Positions 52,380 to 64,000 of a DNA stretch of 64,000 bases are shown here, one piece after another (within the stretch, counting starts at the first letter, position 1; each line of letters begins with the position of its first letter). This DNA is from Octopus sinensis (taxonomy: Eukaryota). Made by a program: the position numbers and the translations under genes. The stretch is from contig NC_043011.1 in the NCBI RefSeq assembly GCF_006345805.1, positions 22,704,464 to 22,768,463 on the forward strand. Reading direction: 5' to 3'. The notes beneath the pieces are model-generated. The model saw only the letters and a list, made by a program, of their open reading frames with translations, was not told the DNA's origin and did not search any database.

Positions 52380-55315
52380 GTAATTTAACTTATGTCTACA
52401 TTTAATTTTTCATTCATCTAGGGTATTAATCAATTTCTTATTATTAGTTAATAATATCTCCTTAAATTCATTAGTACATAATAAACAAAAATTACTACCT
52501 ATTCGATAAGATTTTGCCTTACAAATTATCTCCCAATTTAAATTGTACTTAATACTTTTAGATTTTAGTTCCCATATATATATTTACTAAGCCCAGTAGA
52601 ATTAATTAAATTTCTATTCTTAAAAGAATTCATGTGTTGAGCCACCCATAATTTAATTTTATTAGAATTCGACCCTATGTAAATCACATTAAATTACAAC
52701 CATTCCTATTATTATTATCATCAATCAAGCCACTACACATATACTACATCATCCAAATTATATTTATTATTAAATTTACATTTAGTCTTATCTCTACATG
52801 TACACTTAATCATATTCTGGTCTTTATTATTATTATTGGATATAATTATTTGATTTGTTTTTGTAAAACTTATTCAGCTTAAATTTATTAAAAGAAGAAA
52901 TAATGTTATCAACATTATTAGTAGTAGAATAACCAACTCCAAATTAACCAAATTTCGTTCCTATTATTTATATTATTATATTTATTTTATATTATTAAAT
53001 TTATTATTATCGTTTAAATGAATTAAATTTAATCTTATTTTTTAGTCTATTATATTTATGTTTTGTATTATCAAAATACCTATTATTAATACCATAATTA
53101 CCTAAATAAAACTTATAATTCTTAATGTCAGGTTTTATTATTATTATTATTATAAAAAATATAGGAATAATTTATATTATAATTATATTGGAATTATTAA
53201 AGAATTTAATATTATTACCACATCCTGCCTCCCGCAGGGTTTCATTATAATAAGGTCCGTGATTTTGGAAAATCTAAAAATTAGAAGAAAGCAACAATAT
53301 TCTTTTACCTATATAATCTGTCAAGGATTTCTTAATTGAGGGTGGATGATTACTATTAGCATTACTTATGGAATGGTTGGGTTTTACCTGTTATTAAATT
53401 AGAATTAGCATCTAAATAATTAACATTATAGTTTTCATTTAGAATCGAAGGGCCTCAGAGTCAATCTAGCTAAAACCAAAGTCGTAATCAGTAGGAAGGT
53501 AGACAAATCACAAACACCTGCAGGTGGATGGCCCTGCTCGATCTGTAGAAAAGGTGTGTAGGTAGAAACTCTATAAGATGCACCAAGTGTAAGCTATGGA
53601 CACATAAGAGATGCAGCAATGTCAAAGGAAGGCTAACTAGGAAGATGGTTTTTTGTATGTGGCAGATGCTCAGGAACAATAAACACTGAAAATGCTCTGA
53701 GACCAACTTCCGTCACTTTCTAGGGAGAAAAACTAGAAATAGTTGATAGTTTCCGTTACCTAGGTGACCAAGTCAGCAGCAGGGGGGGCGGGTGTGCTGA
53801 AAGTGTAACTGGTAGAGTAAGAATAGCTTGGGCAAAGTTCAGAGAGCTCTTACCTCTGCTGGTGACAAAAGGCCTCTCGCACAGAGTGAAAGGCAGACTG
53901 TATGATGCGTGTGTACGAACAGCCATGCTACATGGCAGTGAAACATGGGCCGTGACTGCTGAGGATATGCGTAAGCTTGCTAGAAATGAAGCCAGTATGC
54001 TCCGATGGATGTGTAATGCCGGTACTCACACTCGGCAGAGTGTAAGTACCTTGAGAGAAAAGCTGGACCTAAGAAGCATCAGTTGTGGTGTGCAAGAGAG
54101 ACGTTTGCGCTGGTATGGTCATGTGGCAAGAATGGATGAAGATAGTGTGTGAAAAAGTGCCACACCCTAGCGGTTGAGGGAACCTGTGGAAGAGGCAGAT
54201 CCAGGAAAACCTGGGACGAGGTGGTGAAGCACGACCTTCGAACTTTAGGTCTCACTGAGGAGGAAATGACTAGAGACCGAGACCTCTGGAAGTGTGCTGT
54301 GCGCGAGAAGACCCGGCAGGACAAGTGAGTCCATAACCCGTGGCCTTCTACATGGAATGGAGCCAGCCTACGTATGCATACCTTCCCTTCTTGGGACACA
54401 AAACTCTACTAGTGAAGACGTGTTGAGGCAAGTGAGGATCAGAATCGAAATCGATCAATGGAAATTGCGGATGTGTAACCAGTGCCGGTGGCATGTCGAA
54501 ACTCTACTGTGAAGACCCGTTGAGGCAAGTGAGGATCAGAATCGAAATCGATCAATGGAAATCGATCAATGGAAATTGCAGATGTGTTACCAGTGCCGGT
54601 GGCATGTAAGAGAACTTTCCGTTTCGCGACCGTTGCCAGCCAGCCGCCCCGTTTCGTGTCCGTTGCCAGCCTCGCCTGGCCCTCGTGCCGGTGGCACATA
54701 AAAAGCACCATCCGTTCGTGGCCGTTTGCCAGTTCTGTCTGGCACCAGTGCGGGTGGCACGTAAAAAGCACCCACTACACTCACGGAGTGGTTGGCGTTA
54801 GGAAGGGCATCCAGCCGTAGAAACACTGCCAGATTTGACTGGGCCTGATGAAGCCTTCTGGCTTCACAGACCCCCAGTAGAACCGTCCAACCCATGCTAG
54901 CATGGAAAACGGACGCTAAACGATGATGATGATGATAGTAATACTTAATCCATATTTTAAAAAATCTGTATAGTTTCTTCTTATATAATTCTAGTGTTCT
55001 ATTGGTGCAATTCTTAGTTATTAATAAAAGGTCATCCCTATATAAACAACCCTCTAACTTTACTTTTTCTAATTGAAGTTCTGATAATAAATACCTACTA
55101 AATCAGTTGCCTGTGCAGAATCAGGTGCCCCATAGGTATATCAAAATAGTCTCTAGTATCCTTCCCTAGCCCACAATTTATTATTATATCTAATCAACGA
55201 TTTCCTAGCCATTTTAACTACATTAGCTTCATCATAAGTCATTCCTACTTTATGCATAATATCAGTTTTATTATCTAACTTATATTTCATCATGATTAAT
55301 TTAGAGGCCTTATTT
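52380..55315 (-). mobile_element. Penelope-like retroelement (RT plus GIY-YIG), degenerate and split by an RTE insertion
   Basis: RT: ARKSL, FDIPMG..DSAQ..DLVG, LYRDD, SNHPPSIKK, PYYNE.LR.AG. EN: CTCRDKTKC, YIGS, LSKYIWELK...WEII.KAKSY, CLLCTNE. Asn-rich linker. Confidence 0.85.
53441..54935 (+). mobile_element. Relatively young 5'-truncated RTE-clade LINE nested in the Penelope element
   Basis: GLRVNLAKTKV, Cys/His finger, KGRLYDACVRTAMLHGSETW, RRLRWYGHV.R, full 3' UTR and (GAT)n tail. Confidence 0.93.
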
Positions 55316-56139
55316 ATATTATAAAGAGTATTTTCTGGAACAATTTTCTATATCTATATCTATATATACACACACACACACACTTGAACACCTTTTGTAT
55401 GCTGACGCATAATATACACATATGCACTAATTTATGGTCACATTCTATCTCCACTCCCATTCTTCTATGCATGAAATTACTTTCTCTCTTCAATTTCACA
55501 TCTAGATGATTTCAAAATGTCACTGAAATTATTCAGAATGTTCCTACACCCTTTTTCTAGTTTTTCTTTCTCTTCTTTTTTACTCCTTTGTTTTGTTCTT
55601 TCTTTCTTTCTGATGGATTTACATATGTTAAGATATTTCTAATTCCCAGGGCATTAACATTAATAATGATAACTTTTATCTTGACTTCTGTGTGTGTTTT
55701 ATCATTCACACATCACCATCATAACATCGATGTTTCCCAACTCACACAGATCAGATGAAATTTGGTGAAGTGGATTTCCTATGGCTGGATGCCTTTCCTA
55801 TCACCAACACTCACCTATTTCCAAGCAAGAAATTTTTTCAATAGCCAGACGCACATACGTATAAGAGAACAAACAAAGTAATTTAGACCAAGTTAGAAAT
55901 GTGGTGGTGTGCAGTCATCAATCATTCAACAACCTTTGCTACTATATTGAACTATATTCCTTGGAATTGGTTGGTCTTGTGCCTCCTCCAGATATTCCAA
56001 TTTCACTTATCCCTCTAACCTTCACTCATGTTGTGTCCAACCTACTTTACTCAGGGCTCATACAAATAGTCCTTTTTCCCAAAAAACATCGATCCTCTGG
56101 AATCTCATTCCTGCCCATGTCTTTCCTGCATGTACTGAT

Positions 56140-56367
56140 TTAACTCTTTAGTATTTAAACCAATCATATCAGGCCAAAATATTCTACCTGTTTTATGTTC
56201 AAAACAGCCAGATGCAGCCTCTCACACCAACCCTACTATGTCATTCTAAAAATAAACAATTACATCATTGAAATCTCAAAGCTACAAGATAATGCAAGAT
56301 TAATTCAAAACAATGTGAATACAAAAGCATTGCATTTGACAGAATAATCTGAATGCTAAGGGGTTAA
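56140..56367. mobile_element. TTAA MITE
   Basis: TTAActctttagta ... tgctaaggggTTAA. Confidence 0.75.
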
Positions 56368-56558
56368 CTGGAACATCAACTAACAGCATCAATCTTACTG
56401 CTCTTGGAGAACCTGCAAAGATCTTGCAACTGTTCTTTCTCTTAATCTACCAAACAAATAAAAAAAGAAATTAAGAAAGGCAGTAGAAGACACCAGAAAG
56501 TAATAAACCTCCTCTTTTATTGTTTCAGATCGCTTAACCCAGATACAAGTAGATCCAT

Positions 56559-58387
56559 TTAACTCTTTCTTTACCAAACAGCCCAAACCTGCCTGAAAAA
56601 ATTCTGGTTCATATGACCAAGGTGCCCAAACCCTCCCATAACCACATATTCATATTTAAATGAGAATTTCAGTGCAAATCTCATTAATACTATTTGTGAA
56701 AACATGTGATTCCACTTCGTCAACAATTGAGTTACAGTTTCTGACATCAATTGTGGATTTTGGGAGATTTTTTTTTTTCTAAGTTTTTTTCTGATCAATT
56801 TTTTGACTAAAAATGGATACTACTAGCTTATCTGTCAAGCAGCGAGTCAGAATTCAAAGAATTTTCAACTGAAGACCTTGAGAAATCTACTAAATCTGTA
56901 ACTGGTAAAAAAAAATAAAGAAAAAAAAAACCCACATGGTATTTGATAATAAATCCAATGTTTCATTCCCTGAAAGTGAATGCTGTGATTCTGAGAACTC
57001 CGATGACAGTGATAAAGAAAATGAACTTACACCTGAATGGAGTAAGAATATGAAAACTGTTTCTTTCAGTGATTTTTACGAAGGGACTGGATTAAGTTCC
57101 AATCTCTCTCAGGAGAGAAAACTGTTAGACAATTGCCTTTTAGTTTTTCCTCTTAGCTTGTTTCAATTAATTGCAGTGGAAACAAACCGTTATGCTGAAT
57201 ATAAACAAAGCGAAGAGAGATAGATAGTTTATGGTTTCCCACAAACGTAGATGAAATTAGAGCATATTTTGCTATAAATATTATTATGGGCATTAGAAAG
57301 CTACCCAGAATTACAAATTACTACAGCAACGATGAAGCCTTTGGAGATAATTATGTCTCAAGTTTAATGACGAGGACATGGTTTCTAAAATTAACATGCG
57401 ATAGACATAAACAGTACATCAGTACAAGGAGAACCAGGCTTTGATCCCTTATTTAAAATAAGACCCCGCAATGACTGTGTTCAAAGCACATATAAAACAT
57501 TTTACAAACCAGGGAGATATCTATCCATTGATGAGGGTATGGTGGGCTATAAAGGCAGAGTACGTTTTTAACAATATAAGCCAAGAAAGCCCACAAAATG
57601 GAGGATCAAAGTTTGGAAGATTTGTGAATCGAATACCGAGTACTGCTCTGGATTTGAATTTTATACAGGCAAAAGAGACAATTATGTAAGCCAGCATAGC
57701 ACAGCCTAGAGTAATATTGTGGTCTGGAATTTATCACTTCCATACCATAACCAGGGCCGTGTATTATTTTTTGACTGGTTTTTCAGTCCAGTCAAACTTG
57801 CTGTGTCAACACATACATGTGCTACAGTGATTGCTAGTAGAAAAGGACTGCCATTGGATATAAAAAAAAGGCAAAATTTTAAAAAAAAAAAGGGTGAAAT
57901 AATTCAACGGCAGAAAGGAAATCTGCTAGTGACCACAAACAGAGATAAGAGGTAGATCAATTTCCATTTACCCATGCACAGACACATGTGAATGAAAATG
58001 GCACTCCATATAAAATGAAGAGTCAGACTCGAAAGGGCAGATTTTTGTTTCTCAAGGCGAATAAAATGGAATTTACAAATTTTTAAAGTTTAATCTGAGC
58101 TAACTTTATCAATTTGGGAAATCACATATTTCTCTAATGTTGTAAGGGTTCATAAGGGGATGAATTTTCAAAATCGCCATCATGTAACGCAAAATACCTT
58201 GCAGTATTCACTCTGGTTCCATCCGTTTCAAAGTTCAAGTCTCGCCGAAGTTGACAAACACTGTCAATGCAGCACTGAAATTTGTTGGTTTTCCCTTTTC
58301 TGTCTGGCTTGTAGATGCAATTCAAAGATCTAGGCTAATCATAGCGTGAGACGCTGATTCGACCTGACTCTAGTGTTAAAGTGTTAA
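56559..58387 (+). pseudogene. piggyBac (PGBD4-like) transposase pseudogene
   Basis: ETNRYA, DPLFKIRP, SIDEGMV.YKGR, QYKP.KP.K..IK, FEFYTGK, FFDWFFS, RKGLP; multiple stops and frameshifts; TTAA-bounded. Confidence 0.9.
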
Positions 58388-59114
58388 GGATACATATGTC
58401 TGTGAAATTACGAAGTGGTTCACAGCTTAATTTCAGATGTAAGAATTCAATTATTCGACAATTGGATGCTCATTGTCGATAGCGATGAAGAATCCACAAG
58501 GTTAGTTTTACCAATTTGGAAATTTTGTGTTATCACTTTACTCAAGGTAGCCACGACAGTAACTCTGAGGGAAGATGTCGGATTACAGTAATGTTTTTTC
58601 TATTTCTGTATACCTGACTTCTGAGACCCCGTTCGGTCACGACACAGACCATGGGATTGCACCTAGAAAGTTACCCTCCTAGACACAAGTCCGGGCGAGG
58701 TTGTTTATGGAAGACCAGCAGTCGCCCATGCATACCAGCCTCCCCTCTCCACGCCACCAGTGTTATCCAAGGGAAAGATAAAGGTCGATGCAGCTTGGCA
58801 CCTGTGACGTCGCAACTCATTTCTACAGCTGAGTGAACGGGAGCAACGTGAAATAAAGTGCCTTGCTCAAGAACACAACCTGACTTAACGTTCATATATT
58901 ATAGAAAGCCACAAACCACTTGAGTATTCTCAAGACGAATACTGTAGTTTTGTGGCTTTCTATAGTATACACACGTTGAGTAAAATATACAGAATGCTAT
59001 TCTGAACCAATACAGCTTCTGTCGCTAAATAAATTTTCTTTTCTGATTTTTTTTCTATTAGCTTTTTTTTTTAGTATATTTTCTAACAGACAATTTTATT
59101 ATTTAATATTTCAG

Positions 59115-60200
59115 GATGCAAAAATGGTGATCAATTTTCCAAGAAAAGACGGTTCTATGTTTCCCGAAAACGGAAGACCTGGAACAATAACGGATAAAGC
59201 AGGAGATTTCGTCGCTGAAAGTGATGTTATCATACTGTCTTCTCCTCCAAACCATTTCCAAGATTATTTAAAAGCCATGAAGAAATACATTAAAAAGAGA
59301 ACGGTTATCATCGGTGTACCTGGCAGATCAGGTTTTGAATATCAGTGCCGGACAAGTCTGGAAGAGCTTGGTGAACAATGTACCATCGTTAACTTAGAGA
59401 CGTGTCCTTGGGTATGCGAACAAGTCAAATTTGGTTCTCAAATTGATGTCAAGGTGACAGTAGCATCGATCGTAACCTCTACTCTGTTCGGGACATCTCC
59501 CCCGAAACGTGGGCCACTGTCAATTTTGCAGTTAATACTTGGCGGTGATTGTGCTCTTCAAAATTCTCTTAACTTTATGTCTGTACTCCTGTCGCCCTTC
59601 GTATATCTCGAATGCTGTCTTTTGTTTGGAAGATGGAGTGAATGGGACGAAAAGCCGCTGGAAAGTGAACTGGGATTATTCGAAGACGTCAGCGAAAAGA
59701 CAGCCGAAATGATTTCAAAGTGTTCTAATGAATGTTCTAAAATTATCCAGGCTATAAAAACAGGCAAACCAGAATTGAAAATCAACGACTATAAAGGAAT
59801 AGAAGAATGGTTTGCCGGATTTAAAGACTGCATTGGAGACAGCAGTAGCTTACTGACAACATTGAAAACTTGTAAGATATGGGGAGACATTAAGCACCCA
59901 ATGAAAAAAGATAGGAAAAAGTCAGAATACACACCAGATTTAGAAGAGCGAATCTCAGAATATTTATCGTATGGTTTAATTGTAATTCGAGGTGTGGCTG
60001 AAATTCTTCAGCAAGAAACGCCCGTGATTGACAAATTGATAACTTGGTGCCAGACAAAAAGCAAAAAGAATTACATGAAGGACGGTAAAGTGTTAACAGA
60101 CAAAAACATTCAGAACACATCCTGCCCTCAGAAGTTTAAGTTCAGCACACTTAACGAAATCCTTTTTGTAAAAGCGTTACCGACAGATATAGAACTTTGA
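59115..60200 (+). CDS. Octopine/opine dehydrogenase family protein, one large exon; catalytic residues appear substituted
   Basis: The 358-aa ORF from ATG 59124 aligns colinearly, by eye, with molluscan octopine dehydrogenase: GFEYQCR, ET.PW, LFGRW..WD.KP, CSNEC, HP.K, G.IV..GVA, DKLI.W.Q, CPQ. A polypyrimidine tract plus tttcag acceptor at 59114 is in frame (DAK-M). Confidence 0.9.
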   Translation, partial: DAKMVINFPRKDGSMFPENGRPGTITDKAGDFVAESDVIILSSPPNHFQDYLKAMKKYIKKRTVIIGVPGRSGFEYQCRTSLEELGEQCTIVNLETCPWVCEQVKFGSQIDVKVTVASIVTSTLFGTSPPKRGPLSILQLILGGDCALQNSLNFMSVLLSPFVYLECCLLFGRWSEWDEKPLESELGLFEDVSEKTAEMISKCSNECSKIIQAIKTGKPELKINDYKGIEEWFAGFKDCIGDSSSLLTTLKTCKIWGDIKHPMKKDRKKSEYTPDLEERISEYLSYGLIVIRGVAEILQQETPVIDKLITWCQTKSKKNYMKDGKVLTDKNIQNTSCPQKFKFSTLNEILFVKALPTDIEL

Positions 60201-60266
60201 AGGACTTCTGATTCTAAACCTGTAAAGTTACGCTAACATTACAAGGAGCTCTTAACAATTCAAGAA

Positions 60267-60272
60267 AATAAA
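60267..60272 (+). promoter_or_regulatory. Candidate polyadenylation signal of the opine dehydrogenase-like gene
   Basis: AATAAA 67 nt after the stop codon. Confidence 0.5.
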
Positions 60273-60346
60273 GGAAAAAGTAACACTAATAACTATATAT
60301 AATATATATATATATATATATTATGTATATAATACATATATAAATA

Positions 60347-60429
<83 letters not shown>

Positions 60430-60874
60430 GTATATATAAATATATATACATATATATATGAGTATACGCACAAGTGTGTGTATATATGTATATATATGTA
60501 AGTGTGTGTAGGTATGTACGTGTGTATTTTACGTTTACATTTATTGTACATACATAACACGCACATATATAATATGAATATGTATATATATACACATATG
60601 TATGTATGTATTTACTATCTGCATACATACATGCATACATACATACATACATACATACATACATACATACATACATACATGCATACATACATGCATACAT
60701 ACATACATACATACACATACATACATACATACATACATACATACATGCATACAACGTACATACATATTTTTTTAAGGAATAAATTATTCCATTTAATATG
60801 CTTCAAGCTTCTGTCATTTTTTCCCCTTACAAATCATATCTTAGCGGAATCGTTAGTGCTCAAAAGAAATACCT

Positions 60875-61290
60875 GAGCTGGCAGAAACGTTAGCACGCCG
60901 GGCGAAATGCTTAGCGGTATTTCGTCTGCCGTTACGTTGTGAGTTCAAATTCCGCCGAGGTCGACTTTGCCTTTCATCCTTTCGGGGTCGATAAATTAAG
61001 TACCAGTTACGCACTGGGGTCGATGTAATCGACTTGATACCTATGTCTGTCCTTGTTTGTCCCCTCTGTGTTTAGCCCCTTGTGGGTAATAAAGAAATAG
61101 GTATTTCGTCTGCCGTTACGTTGTGAGTTCAAATTCCGCCGAGGTCGACTTTGCCTTTCATCCTTTCGGGGTCGATAAATTAAGTACCAGTTACGCACTG
61201 GGGTCGATGTAATCGACTTAATACCTATGTCTGTCCTTGTTTGTCCCCTCTGTGTTTAGCCCCTTGTGGGTAATAAAGAAATACGTATTT
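60875..61290 (+). mobile_element. Young Nin-domain SINE with a tandemly duplicated 184-bp body
   Basis: Units at 60917 and 61101 nearly identical; a third starts at 61285. Confidence 0.9.
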
Positions 61291-61535
61291 AATAACACGC
61301 CTTCATGTTCTGAGTACAAGCCTTCCCGAAGCCAACTTTGCCTGTCATCCTTTCGGAGGCCATAAAGTAAGTATCGGTTAGCTACTGGGATCAATATAAT
61401 TGACTATGTATCCAATCACCACCGCTACCACCACCAGATATGTCAGCCTTATGCCGATGTGAGAAATCAATACTGTCCAATACTAAAATGGCGATAAAAT
61501 TGCAGCAACGGTGCATCCTCAGCTCAAAAAAAGAA

Positions 61536-61588
<53 letters not shown>

Positions 61589-62223
61589 CAGAAAGAGAGA
61601 GAAAGATCAATGGTCGTCTTTCGCTTAATAATTTTCCCAGATTCAACTAAATAACTTTCATCATCCATCATCATCATCTTCTTCTTCTTCTTCTTCTTCT
61701 TCTTCTTCTTCTTCTTCTTCTTGTCTTCTCTTCTTCTTCTTCCTTCTTCTCTCTTCTTCTTCTTCTTCTTTATTCATCATCATCATCATCGACATCATCA
61801 AATACTGCTGTTCGTTAGTTGTGTGAAATGTTGACAAATCATAACACCTCAATTCATACTTTACCGTCTTCAAAATAAAATTTTAAAAAGAGATATAGAA
61901 TACATGGTTGAGACGTCGTGAGCGAGTATTATTAGTCCTATTAAACTATATCCTACCAGAAGACTGGTGGTCATATTTGGAACGCTTTGCATCATGGATC
62001 TATTCGATCATCATTAACTTTGATAAAGAACGACAAGAATACCAGTGTAGTTGGCATGGTTTTAGCGGGGAGGGGGCGCTTTCAAAGATTGGAAAAACAT
62101 GGCCGAAATATATAAAACATTATTTGTCATGAAGGGAAACTACTTTAGCAGTGACTGTAATGACATGAAGAATTTAGATAAATTCAATTGTGACGAGAGC
62201 GAGGAAGTTAGAAAAATTTTTGT

Positions 62224-62633
62224 AGGCGCAGGAGTGGCTGTGTGGTAAGTAGCTTGTTTACCAACCACATGGTTCCGGGTTTAGTCCCACTGCGTGGCAC
62301 CTTGGGCAAGTGTCTTCTACTATAGCCTCGGGCTGACCAAAGCCTTGTGAGTGGATTTGGTAGACGGAAACTGAAAGAAGCCCGTCGTATATATGTATAT
62401 ATATATATGAGTGTGTGTGTGTGTCTGTGTTTGTCCCCCTAGCATTGCTTGACAACCGATGCTGGTGTGTTTATGTCCCCGTTACTTAGCGGTTCGGCAA
62501 AAGAGACCGATAGAATAAGTACTGGGCTTACAAAAGAATAAGTCCCGGGGTCGAGTTGCTCGATTAAAGGCGGTGCTCCAGCATGGCCGCAGTCAAATGA
62601 CTGAAACAAGTAAAAGAAGTAAGAGTAAAAGAG
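62224..62633 (+). mobile_element. Intact CORE-like tRNA SINE with an internal microsatellite (3' half also at 100-320)
   Basis: ggcgcaggagtggctgtgtggtaag ... ccttgggcaagt ... (aagagtaa)n tail. Confidence 0.88.
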
Positions 62634-62799
62634 ATCCTAACGACTTGTTACCGACAAACACCAACCGTCGACTTTTTCCTTGAATTCCGGATTTTAGCCT
62701 GTTTTCGGCGGCCTGTTGTCTCGTGTGGTTAGATGTCATTCTCCTCAATTAGAGGATTCCATGTGCAAAGTTAATTTGAATGACAAAAAATACATATTG

Positions 62800-62897
62800 C
62801 CTACAGCAGACCCAAAAGTGCCGCCGCCCCATAAAAGTGGTGCCGCCCCATAAAAGTGCCGCCCGGAGCGTGCCGCACCCTCTAGCTACGCTAGTGT
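62800..62897. mobile_element. hAT-like terminus with subterminal gtgccgcc repeats
   Basis: Three gtgccgcc(c..ataaaa) units then ctagctacgctagtg. Confidence 0.45.
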
Positions 62898-63069
62898 TGT
62901 GAAGTTCACAGCAAAGCAAGTCAGACAATGTTGACTACAGAACGAAGACGACACTGATTCCTATCCTGACATCCAAGACCAATAATTTTCAAAATAAGTT
63001 CCAGTCACCCCAACGCTGCCCCCACACAAATAAATATTACTGAAGTCTTTTGCTCTACCGCTATCAATT

Positions 63070-63520
63070 ACTTAATTACTTATTTACTTAAGCCCTTCAT
63101 TCCAGTTGGAACATAGGCCAAAGATGACTTTACTCCACTGTTATCGACTCTGAGCTGGCTTTTCTGCATCTTTCGCGGTGGATTCCTACTTTTTCAGTTC
63201 TGCCTTAGTATCCCGCCTCCAGCAATTTGGTGGGGCTTCCTCTCTTCCGCCTCCTTTGTGGGTTACTTTGAGGGAAGGTTTCCTGGGTCCTTGTCATCGA
63301 TGCTTCCATAACTTTGCTTTATTGTAAGTAGGAGGTGTTGGCCCTACGCAAGCCCATTTGTATCTCCGAGAAGAGGTGGTCCATAATAGACTAGCCTTTA
63401 TCCTTTGGCCTGTCCAGCATAGGAGTCCCTATAAGAAGCTTGTTCTCCGCTGGCATAGATCTCGGGGTCATTGAGGCACACGGACCACCACATCGCAACA
63501 AGGACTGGACGTTATTGGTT
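63070..63520 (-). mobile_element. RTE-type LINE end with a (TAAG)n tail
   Basis: NPQ.RRKRG.P...WRR motif followed by a taagtaa tail. Confidence 0.6.
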
Positions 63521-64000
63521 TCTTATTAAGGTACAGGGTTAGCTGTTCAGTCGATTACATCGAACCCACTACTTGACAACAACGCTATTTCATTGACACC
63601 CACAGAGGTATGAAAGGCGAGGATTGACTCCAGCAGGATTTGAACACAGAACATAGAGAACCAGAACAAATACTCCGACAATTCTGCCAGTTCGCCACCT
63701 CCTCTCTTAATTATTTTTGATTTAGGCACAAGGCTAAATTGAATGGAGGCGGTTTGGACGTTTACATCGACCCCAGAACTAAACTGCAACATTATTTTAT
63801 CGACCCCGAGTATCATTATCTGCCATGGGTTGGGCGATAGAGTAAATAATGGATTTGTTTTGGTGGAAAACGAAACGTTCTCCAAGTGGAATTGCTATAT
63901 GTGTGAAACAGGACTCACACCAAATTTATATAAAACTAGCAGGACCTGTGAAAATTCAACAGTGTAAGTCAGCATATTTGAAAACATTATGTAGGTAGGT

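Noticed and set aside
52130-53440. Possible mitochondrial insertion (NUMT), from extreme AT content
   Set aside because: Minus-strand translation gives Penelope RT-thumb and GIY-YIG motifs, not mitochondrial genes.
63743-63967. 74-aa ORF at the window end
   Set aside because: It begins within a SINE remnant and has no recognisable motif or clear splice acceptor.

Overview
Eukaryotic, AT-rich, microsatellite-dense genomic DNA. The repeat landscape (Nin-domain and CORE-like tRNA SINEs, RTE LINEs with (GAT)n tails, very long CA/TA tracts) and an opine dehydrogenase homolog point to an octopod cephalopod (inference). Host genes: (1) the last four coding exons of ribose-5-phosphate isomerase A (RPIA) on the minus strand (47840-47973, 25540-25681, 23945-24044, 22326-22435), with a 22-kb intron, an unusual C-terminal -CC, and 5' exons not found in the window; (2) a plus-strand, single-large-exon octopine/opine dehydrogenase homolog (59115-60200) that appears to have lost its catalytic His/Asp and probably lies antisense inside an RPIA intron; (3) the first coding exon of an unidentified membrane-protein gene (2813-2984, minus), missed by the ORF track. 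The rest is a mosaic of decayed transposons: several mariners, piggyBac relics and TTAA MITEs, Helitrons, a gypsy fragment, CR1 and RTE LINEs, SINEs and Penelope-like elements. Some Penelope-type termini carry hammerhead ribozyme motifs within inverted repeats. There is a 100-N assembly gap at 13697-13796. Most ORF-track entries are microsatellite artefacts. All homology calls are by eye and from memory; no search was run.
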